DNA of 40,907 nucleotides from positions 1-40,907 of IMG/VR virus record IMGVR_UViG_3300049174_000045, one strand, 5' to 3'. The notes below the pieces were generated by a model, which worked only from the letters and a program-made list of their open reading frames with translations, had not been told where the DNA came from and did no database searches. Made by a program: the position numbers and the translations under genes. This document shows positions 34,959 to 40,907 of this stretch, piece by piece; positions within the stretch are counted from its first letter, which is position 1; the number at the start of each line of letters is the position of its first letter. Origin of the DNA: a virus (lineage: Duplodnaviria > Caudoviricetes).

Positions 34959-35602
34959 GCCTCACCCACCGCGACCTAGCCGATCTCGTGGCCGCGCTCT
35001 ACGACGCCCCGGATAGCGTCCCGTGGCTCTATCGGTCGAACCTCGACGCGAACGTTTACATGGGAATAATCCGGCAGGGTGGGGCGTTCATCGTCGCGAC
35101 GAGGGGATCGTTCGACTTTGAGGACTGGCTGCACGACCTGCGCGCCAAGCCGACCAAGCCTGTTGGTCGCCCCGAGCTCCAGAAGGTCCACGCCGGCTTC
35201 TATGGAGGCACCCCAGAAGCCTGGGACATCATCGCCGAGCACATGGACGACGAGCCGGTGGTGTTCTGCGGGCATTCTCTGGGGGCGGCTCGAGCTGTCA
35301 TCTTGGCCGGCCACATGCTGGCGGTCGGATTTCAACCGACGTTCGTCTGTAGGTGGGGCGAGCCGGCGGCGCTATTCCCCGAGGGCAACGAGTTCATCAA
35401 GGACGTCCCAGGCGTGAGCTATTGCAACGGCGTCGGCCCGTTCGTGGATGCTGTGACGCAGTCGACGCTGCCCTTCGGCTATCGCCATTCAGTCTCGCTG
35501 ACCAATGTGTCCGCGTCGCCCGGGAAGGTCAGCATGCTGGACCCGTTTGCGTTGCACCATTTCGCGCTCTACCAGAGTGTCACACCGACAATGGAGATTT
35601 GA
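34955..35602 (+). CDS. class 3 lipase (alpha/beta hydrolase)
   Basis: VATRGS, DWLHD, VHAGF, GHSLG nucleophile elbow, DAVT, C-terminal His. Confidence 0.88.
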   Translation: MSLTHRDLADLVAALYDAPDSVPWLYRSNLDANVYMGIIRQGGAFIVATRGSFDFEDWLHDLRAKPTKPVGRPELQKVHAGFYGGTPEAWDIIAEHMDDEPVVFCGHSLGAARAVILAGHMLAVGFQPTFVCRWGEPAALFPEGNEFIKDVPGVSYCNGVGPFVDAVTQSTLPFGYRHSVSLTNVSASPGKVSMLDPFALHHFALYQSVTPTMEI

Positions 35603-35604
35603 CC

Positions 35605-35793
35605 ATGATGAAAGGCTGGAAGACTCTAGGATTCGCGCTCGCGCTCGCGCTCGGTGGCGTGCTGCAGACGTTTGATTGGGCCACTGTCATCCCACAGAAT
35701 AAGACATGGTCCGGCGTCGTCATGGTGGCGATTGGCGGGATCGTGGCTGGCTTGCGCGCTATCACGACGACGGCGGTAGGCAAGTCACAATGA
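35605..35793 (+). CDS. putative holin (2 TM)
   Basis: MMKGWKT...LRAITTTAVG; GGAG RBS; lysis cassette. Confidence 0.7.
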   Translation: MMKGWKTLGFALALALGGVLQTFDWATVIPQNKTWSGVVMVAIGGIVAGLRAITTTAVGKSQ

Positions 35794-36299
35794 ACCGCAT
35801 CCTCATCGCATCCCTCGCGCTCGCACTGGCGAGCCCAGCCATGGCGCAGGCGCCGAAGATTGGCGGACCGGCGGGCCGGGTGCTCGACCGGATCGAGGGC
35901 CAGCAGGGCAGCAACGAGGCGCAGCTTGGTGGCGGTGGTCAGGGCGGCGGCATCTGCGACAGCAACGTGATCGGTTCGTTCCAAGCCAAGAGCTTGCTGG
36001 GGCAGATCAAGACTTGCTTGGCGCTCAAAGGCGCGATCGACGCGCAAGCCGCGCTCGACAGCGCCACCAAGGCCAACGATACCGTGGCGCAGACATGCCT
36101 CAAGCCAGTTGTGGCCCTCCTGCAGGCCGCCGAGGGGACAACCACGCCGGGCGCCACATCTGACGCGCCGTCCACGGTGACACCCGCCGGACCGCTACTG
36201 ATCTTCCAGAAATTCCGCGAGTTTGCGCTTGCCGGCGGCGTTCCGAATTGCCGTTCATGGGTCAATACCACGCTTGCTGCAGGTGCACCGATCCAGTGA
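35790..36299 (+). CDS. secreted protein with 4 Cys
   Basis: MNRILIASLALALASPAMA|QA signal peptide; ATGA coupling to the holin. Confidence 0.7.
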   Translation: MNRILIASLALALASPAMAQAPKIGGPAGRVLDRIEGQQGSNEAQLGGGGQGGGICDSNVIGSFQAKSLLGQIKTCLALKGAIDAQAALDSATKANDTVAQTCLKPVVALLQAAEGTTTPGATSDAPSTVTPAGPLLIFQKFREFALAGGVPNCRSWVNTTLAAGAPIQ

Positions 36300-36369
36300 C
36301 GTAAGGCGGGACGCCCAGACGCGGTAACGACTGGACGCCCCTACCACTACCAAGAGGAGCCCCTTGGCA

Positions 36370-36441
36370 ATGGGTACAACCATCATACGGCATTCATCGT
36401 TAAACGGACGTGAATTCGAATGCATTGGGTGTTCCCTATGA
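36370..36441 (+). CDS. 23-aa leader uORF coupled to the downstream TM gene
   Basis: MGTTIIRHSSLNGREFECIGCSL; AGAGGAG RBS in a hairpin; stop overlaps ATG 36438. Confidence 0.45.
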   Translation: MGTTIIRHSSLNGREFECIGCSL

Positions 36442-36704
36442 TCGATTGGTCGATCAGGCTTGGGGACATCGCCGTGCTGGCGGGACTTGCTGGTACCTCG
36501 ATCACGCTCGCATTCAAGGCCGGATCATTCTCGCGCAGCATTTTGGACATGCAGAGCGAGATCAGCGAACTCAAAGATGTGGCAAAATCCATCAGTGGAG
36601 TTCTCACCACGGTAGCTGTGCAAAAGTCTGAAATAGAACACCTACGTACCGACATCGATGACATGAAGCGCGGACGAGGATTTATCAAGCAGGGCAATCC
36701 ATGA
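36438..36704 (+). CDS. N-terminal TM plus coiled-coil protein
   Basis: MIDWSIRLGDIAVLAGLAG...; heptad pattern. Confidence 0.7.
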   Translation: MIDWSIRLGDIAVLAGLAGTSITLAFKAGSFSRSILDMQSEISELKDVAKSISGVLTTVAVQKSEIEHLRTDIDDMKRGRGFIKQGNP

Positions 36705-37090
36705 TGCACGGCGACGTGAAGAAATGGACGATTACCGTCGGCGGCGTCGGCGCCGTCATCGGCGTACTGCTCAGCGGCATGAAATTGTATCAAGAGCTCG
36801 GCCTGCCCATGATCGCCACGCAGGAGCATGTCGAGCAGAAACTCGCCCCTGTTATCAGCAATATACAGGGAATGCGTAATGACGTGAGCGGCATTGCCCT
36901 AGAACAGGCATTGCAACAACGGGCCCAGATCGAAAATCATATTGCCCAATGGACGCTAGAACTTAGTCGCGAGACGACAGACGAGCGAAAAACGCTAGAT
37001 CAGGCGCAGATCAATGATCTCACTGATCACCTCAATCAAGTCAAGCGCCACATCGATCAGCTACAGCGCGATGCCTACGGGGCGCATTAG
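36701..37090 (+). CDS. N-terminal TM plus coiled-coil protein
   Basis: WTITVGGVGAVIGVLLSG; helical C-terminus. Confidence 0.7.
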   Translation: MMHGDVKKWTITVGGVGAVIGVLLSGMKLYQELGLPMIATQEHVEQKLAPVISNIQGMRNDVSGIALEQALQQRAQIENHIAQWTLELSRETTDERKTLDQAQINDLTDHLNQVKRHIDQLQRDAYGAH

Positions 37091-37215
37091 AGACATCGCC
37101 AGATCGTGCACTCCACCACCTGTCGTTGGTCGACATATTGCGGTGCAAACCACATGGTTGCGACGGCTGCGCCCAGAAGCGCGATGATTGCTGAGATCCT
37201 GAGTGTGTGGTTCAT
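37087..37215 (-). CDS. 42-aa TM micropeptide (ECTIWRCL; not in ORF track)
   Basis: MNHTLRISAIIALLGAAVATMWFAPQYVDQRQVVECTIWRCL; GGAG RBS. Confidence 0.7.
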   Translation of the reverse strand: MNHTLRISAIIALLGAAVATMWFAPQYVDQRQVVECTIWRCL

Positions 37216-37232
37216 GGTACTCCACTCTTCAT

Positions 37233-37457
37233 CTATGTGCGCCATGGTTTTCCGGTTAGCTCAATGCCGGGAGCAAAGTTGCTAGACCAGTCGAGCCATC
37301 GCGCATAGCCTTGATCCACCAACCAACGCGCCGCTCGATAAAGCTCGGGGTCAGGCCCGCGAGGGGGTCGCCGCATCAGCAGATAGCGACCGCCTCCAGT
37401 GTTTGCTGCGCGAAGCCACATCCCACGCGCGCCGGTGTGCTGGTCTATGTAACGCAT
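37233..37457 (-). CDS. hypothetical protein
   Basis: TAAGGA RBS. Confidence 0.65.
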   Translation of the reverse strand: MRYIDQHTGARGMWLRAANTGGGRYLLMRRPPRGPDPELYRAARWLVDQGYARWLDWSSNFAPGIELTGKPWRT

Positions 37458-37613
37458 CGCGTTCCTTACCTATCATCGCTGCATAGAAAGATCGTGCCGC
37501 ATTGCCGATAGTTGCGCAGCATCGGAGAGCCTGTGATGCTCCACACGAAAGCGGTCGAGAAAATCGCAAGTATCCAAACCGCGATTGCCTGTTTCATCGC
37601 GTTCCTTACCTAT
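37455..37613. repeat. 19-bp direct repeat CATCGCGTTCCTTACCTAT x2
   Basis: Exact copies at 37455-37473 and 37595-37613. Confidence 0.85.
37466..37597 (-). CDS. 43-aa TM micropeptide (QCGTIFLC; not in ORF track)
   Basis: MKQAIAVWILAIFSTAFVWSITGSPMLRNYRQCGTIFLCSDDR; TAAGGA RBS. Confidence 0.65.
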   Translation of the reverse strand: MKQAIAVWILAIFSTAFVWSITGSPMLRNYRQCGTIFLCSDDR

Positions 37614-37779
37614 GTGTGATTTCGTGCCTCGCTGAGAGCCACGCAATCACTTCCTTTAGAGTGAAATGCCGAGGGGGGCCACCCAAGGCGATCCGAAAGG
37701 CGTCCCATGCCATGCAGATCGCGAACTCTTGCGGCCACCAACTCCGTCCGTTGTATTCAAGTTTTCCCATCGCCGTCAT
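37606..37779 (-). CDS. 57-aa hypothetical protein (not in ORF track)
   Basis: MTAMGKLEYNGRSWWPQEF...; ATGA coupling. Confidence 0.55.
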   Translation of the reverse strand: MTAMGKLEYNGRSWWPQEFAICMAWDAFRIALGGPPRHFTLKEVIAWLSARHEITHR

Positions 37780-38066
37780 TGCCCATCACGGCGTTCATGC
37801 AATATGCGGTTAAATGCTGCCGTGTGTTGATCCGCAAGAATTGATATTTGAGCACATGGGATGGTTCCATCGTGCGCCTGCCGAGTCAGAAAGGCAACCA
37901 TCACCTCGCGGAATAGTTTTGCAGCGTCGCCCTCTATCTTTTCATTCTCCGCGCGGAGGCGGTCGATCTCGTCGGCAGCAGAAAGACGGAGCACAAAATC
38001 CCCAGCCGGCTTTTTTGGATATGCTGGGTCGCGCAAGCGTTCGATGATATCTCTGCTATCTGTCAT
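37776..38066 (-). CDS. hypothetical protein (DIIERLR...AADEIDRLRAE type)
   Basis: Common phage early-protein motif. Confidence 0.7.
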   Translation of the reverse strand: MTDSRDIIERLRDPAYPKKPAGDFVLRLSAADEIDRLRAENEKIEGDAAKLFREVMVAFLTRQAHDGTIPCAQISILADQHTAAFNRILHERRDGQ

Positions 38067-38299
38067 GGCGTTCCATCCGCGTGACCGCTCTGCACGTTGA
38101 TGACTACCCCAATCCCGCGCATCCTGAGAATCGCATGACCGGTCTCCGTCAAGCGCCAGTAATGGCCGTCATAAGTGACCAGCCCGTGGCGGTTATCATC
38201 TTGGCTGATCTGCGGGCCGAGTTCTTGCGGCGTTGCAGCGCCATCCCATCGCTTGAGTTTGCGAAGAAATTCCATCTGCTTTTCGTCAACTGTTTTCAT
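38063..38299 (-). CDS. small winged-helix-like protein
   Basis: GLVTY...YWRLTETG; GAGGA RBS. Confidence 0.6.
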   Translation of the reverse strand: MKTVDEKQMEFLRKLKRWDGAATPQELGPQISQDDNRHGLVTYDGHYWRLTETGHAILRMRGIGVVINVQSGHADGTP

Positions 38300-38331
38300 T
38301 TGTTCCTCGCGCTCAAGAGACGGGACTGCGC

Positions 38332-38439
38332 TCACCATGGAAGACGCGGCTTCGCGGTTGCAATTAGAAGAAAGATCAGCACAGCGCCAATCGCGATCCC
38401 GCCAACAAAGGCTATGATTACGGAGACTGTTTCATCCAT
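38332..38439 (-). CDS. 35-aa single-TM peptide (not in ORF track)
   Basis: MDETVSVIIAFVGGIAIGAVLIFLLIATAKPRLPW; GGAG RBS. Confidence 0.55.
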   Translation of the reverse strand: MDETVSVIIAFVGGIAIGAVLIFLLIATAKPRLPW

Positions 38440-38473
38440 CTTCGTTCTCCATCGGCATCAAGAGACGTGTGCG

Positions 38474-38635
38474 TCAGTGTCCAATGTGGTAGCCGCTGCA
38501 AAACTTACAGCGGTAGACATGCATCGTGCCCCATTTGAATTTGTTTGCCCGTAGTACCTTCCACGCCCGGCCTTCATTTGGATGCCTCACTTTGCCCCCG
38601 CATGATCGCCGCCTGATTCTGCGTTTGCTGGCCAT
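38474..38635 (-). CDS. 53-aa basic Zn-binding protein (not in ORF track)
   Basis: MASKRRIRRRSCGGKVRH...YRCKFCSGYHIGH; GAGGA RBS. Confidence 0.7.
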   Translation of the reverse strand: MASKRRIRRRSCGGKVRHPNEGRAWKVLRANKFKWGTMHVYRCKFCSGYHIGH

Positions 38636-38659
38636 GTTTCCTCAAGCGGCGTGTGCAGA

Positions 38660-39010
38660 CTACAGCGTTTTCGGGTAGCCGATATTCCGGGACTTCGCAT
38701 TGAACACCTCAATGGCGGCGTCGGCGATCGAGAACCCAAGCGACTGCGCCATCAGATCGAGATACACAAAGACATCGCCAAGCTCTTTGCGGAGTTGGTC
38801 GCGCAATTCATCGGCTGTAAGCTTATTGCCGGGAACTCCATCACGGTATCGGTTGAGCTTCTTGACGATATTGGCGGCTTCCCCAACCTCGCCAACTAGG
38901 GCCGTCATCCAATCGGAGGATGACCATCCGTTCAGCGGATGATTGAAACCTTGCGGGCTCTCGCATCGGCCACGATTGGCTTGGCTAAATTCTTCGAACG
39001 TCATAGGCAT
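38660..39010 (-). CDS. MazG-like nucleotide pyrophosphohydrolase
   Basis: LVGEVGEAANIVKK...KELGDVFVYL...FNAKS. Confidence 0.85.
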   Translation of the reverse strand: MPMTFEEFSQANRGRCESPQGFNHPLNGWSSSDWMTALVGEVGEAANIVKKLNRYRDGVPGNKLTADELRDQLRKELGDVFVYLDLMAQSLGFSIADAAIEVFNAKSRNIGYPKTL

Positions 39011-39013
39011 TTT

Positions 39014-39460
39014 TCATCCCTCACTGGTGGCTACACCGTTGTGCTCATGGCGCAGTCGGATCGTCGCGCCACCCTGCTTAACAGTCTCTTCGGCCTGTTC
39101 TTCCGCAGTTGCCATGCGATATTCGTGTTCGTAACCACGTACGTAGCGCCGGAATGCCTGCAACGTCGTGCAACGACATTTTGTCTTTCCGAACTCGCGT
39201 CCCTTCGGATCGGCCCAGCGCCGCGTAAAGAACACACGCGTCGGATAGTGCCCCGGTTTGTGGACCGACACGACAGTCAGAACGATCTCGCCCATGGCAT
39301 CGGCTACCGCTTCGGTATCCTCAGGACCACACCATTCGTGGCGCACTCCAGGTATCCACGTCTTGATCTTGTGGATACCGTCCTGATCCATTTCTTCATA
39401 TTCGTCGCGTATGAAAGGATACGAAGCTCGGAACACGTCACCTTCCTTGATATCTTCCAT
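39014..39460 (-). CDS. hypothetical protein
   Basis: GAGGA RBS before MEDIKEGD. Confidence 0.65.
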   Translation of the reverse strand: MEDIKEGDVFRASYPFIRDEYEEMDQDGIHKIKTWIPGVRHEWCGPEDTEAVADAMGEIVLTVVSVHKPGHYPTRVFFTRRWADPKGREFGKTKCRCTTLQAFRRYVRGYEHEYRMATAEEQAEETVKQGGATIRLRHEHNGVATSEG

Positions 39461-39495
39461 GTGATTCCTCGCGGTCAGGCGGCCCTGATCTTCAG

Positions 39496-39702
39496 TCACA
39501 GATAGGCGGTCCAGTTGTCCCGCACGTCCCGGCGCACCGCCTCGAGGTTGGCCTCGCAAGCCTTCAGGCTCGACTCACAGAACCGAATACCCTCGAGATT
39601 GCCCACCGCCTTCTGCTGCTCGAGCGCCTCGGCCCAGCTCACAACCGCCTTTTTCGCCTTCGCCACTGCGAACCCTGCGTTGATCTGGTAGGAATTGGTC
39701 AT
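39496..39702 (-). CDS. hypothetical protein
   Basis: ORF track; operon context. Confidence 0.6.
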   Translation of the reverse strand: MTNSYQINAGFAVAKAKKAVVSWAEALEQQKAVGNLEGIRFCESSLKACEANLEAVRRDVRDNWTAYL

Positions 39703-39711
39703 CTCTCGTCT

Positions 39712-40347
39712 CTACCGCATTGTGAGGGCTGCTCGCCCGATGTATTCGCTGTAAGCTGGCGGGATTGCCTGGCTCAGTTCTTCCAGCTCCATCCAATCGA
39801 TGCCCATGGCCTTTTGCTGGACATCAAGCGGGATGCGCCATACGCCAACCTCGACGGTCTTCCGGAGATTTTTGCGGTTGGTGGCCGGCTTAAAGCGGGG
39901 CATTTGCTTGCTGTGCTGACATTCGGGCTGCAGGATTGGGAAGCTTGTTTCGAATATGCGATGTCTGCGCACGTCCAGGCCGAACATTGAGCCACAGAGC
40001 GAAATGGGGTTCTCAAGCGGAGCTCCAGGCACGTTCTCGATAACCCAATCGCCCAGATCGCACAGGCGGTCTCGAATGATGGAGATCAGATCCTCGCGAG
40101 GCGCAACGTGGTTCGGCCGACGCTTATAGGCCGTGAACGCCTGACAGGGCGGAGAGGCCCAAACGAAATCAAAGGATCGTAGCGTTTTGTTCGAGATCAG
40201 CGTGGCATCGCCCTGCCAGAAGCGAAACGGATAGCGAGGCTGTGGCCTAATATCGACGCCGGTGACATCGAAGCCGGCGCGATGCAGACCCATGCTGGCG
40301 CCCCCTGCACCGCAGAAGAGATCGAGGGCTTTTGGTTTATAGGTCAT
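39712..40347 (-). CDS. short phage C5-cytosine DNA methyltransferase
   Basis: Motif I DLFCGAGG, motif IV ASPPCQ, motif VI IENV, RRHRIFE, QAIPP. Confidence 0.88.
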   Translation of the reverse strand: MTYKPKALDLFCGAGGASMGLHRAGFDVTGVDIRPQPRYPFRFWQGDATLISNKTLRSFDFVWASPPCQAFTAYKRRPNHVAPREDLISIIRDRLCDLGDWVIENVPGAPLENPISLCGSMFGLDVRRHRIFETSFPILQPECQHSKQMPRFKPATNRKNLRKTVEVGVWRIPLDVQQKAMGIDWMELEELSQAIPPAYSEYIGRAALTMR

Positions 40348-40381
40348 GACTGTTCAACAGCATTGTGAGGGCTTCTACGCT

Positions 40382-40603
40382 CTACTTCTCATCTTCCTCG
40401 ATTGCGTCGCGTGCGATGTTCATCATCGCCTTGGCGCCTTCCGCATCGAGGAACTCATCCATGAATCCGATTTTCTCAAGTTCAAGGCGCAATCGCTCCG
40501 ATCGCGCCCTCTCGCGACAGAGAGGACACAATTCGTCATCGCGGCTGTCATTGTGGCCGATCTCCTGATGGCCATCGCGGCACATATGCGGATAGCTGCC
40601 CAT
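40382..40603 (-). CDS. hypothetical protein (C..H..CPLC)
   Basis: MGSYPHMCRDGHQEIGH...CPLC. Confidence 0.6.
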   Translation of the reverse strand: MGSYPHMCRDGHQEIGHNDSRDDELCPLCRERARSERLRLELEKIGFMDEFLDAEGAKAMMNIARDAIEEDEK

Positions 40604-40611
40604 CTTCTCTC

Positions 40612-40854
40612 TCAACAGCGTTGTAGGGTCGGCGGCGGCGTCGGCAGCGGCATCCAATATTCCGGCCTGTAAAGAAATTCGACGCCATCCGTCCAGTGGC
40701 CAGGAACGCCGAATCGCTCTGGATCTGCTTCGGGGAGCCACCGACCGGAGGCAATCCAAATCCCGTCTTCGCCGAGCTCGGCATAGCCGCTATAATCAGC
40801 GAGCAAGATCAACCTCCCATCTTTAGGCGCTGTCTCAATCGGTTGCCACTCCAT
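40612..40854 (-). CDS. DUF551-like protein
   Basis: MEWQPIETAPKDG...PEYWMPLPTPP. Confidence 0.85.
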   Translation of the reverse strand: MEWQPIETAPKDGRLILLADYSGYAELGEDGIWIASGRWLPEADPERFGVPGHWTDGVEFLYRPEYWMPLPTPPPTLQRC

Positions 40855-40907
40855 CTCTTTTTCTCCTATCCTCTTCCGATCTCACACCAGCCCATTGATT
40901 CTGCTAG

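Noticed and set aside
30715-37090. Diversity-generating retroelement, suggested by the BPP-1-like structural genes
   Set aside because: No reverse transcriptase motif and no TR/VR repeat pair seen
37455-37613. CRISPR mini-array or att site
   Set aside because: Only two 19-bp copies made of stop-RBS-start, a 121-bp coding spacer, and no cas or integrase gene
39712-40347. Restriction-modification system
   Set aside because: Orphan short methylase with no neighbouring endonuclease; a common phage early gene

Overview
The window is a near-complete genome of about 41 kb from a temperate-type podovirus-like phage. The structural module resembles BPP-1/T7 and the terminase resembles P22. The host is probably an alphaproteobacterium (inferred from GC-rich codons, promoter style and gene content). 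Layout: leftward early arm with RecE-like nuclease and Sak4-like ATPase (1-4622); cI/cro switch with TCAC-N5/6-GTGA operators (4650-5618); RusA, replication initiator with internal iterons and helicase (5661-7814); HTH genes and a packaging region (8000-9750); terS/terL, portal, scaffold, capsid, tail tubes and ejection proteins (9751-30672); two tail fibre/spike genes (30715-33686); lysis cassette with GH108 endolysin, lipase and holin (33995-37090); continuation of the leftward early arm with MazG-like, C5-methylase and DUF551 genes (37087-40907). No integrase, tRNA, CRISPR or reverse transcriptase is visible. Main observations: (1) a 7-copy GGTGCGTTGCYG promoter motif, five copies placed for leaderless mRNAs; (2) unannotated 31-43 aa membrane micropeptides ending in Cys motifs (ECSIWRC, ECTIWRC, CGTIFLC, CRDWR) antisense around the lysis cassette; (3) Cys-rich tail fibre/spike proteins carrying Sec signal peptides; (4) a 1546-aa ejection-type protein with AT-richer GNAT-like, zeta-toxin-like and ART-like inserts; (5) a triple-hairpin capsid leader RNA; (6) a mok/hok-like uORF/antisense module. 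All calls come from reading motifs by eye; no database search was run.
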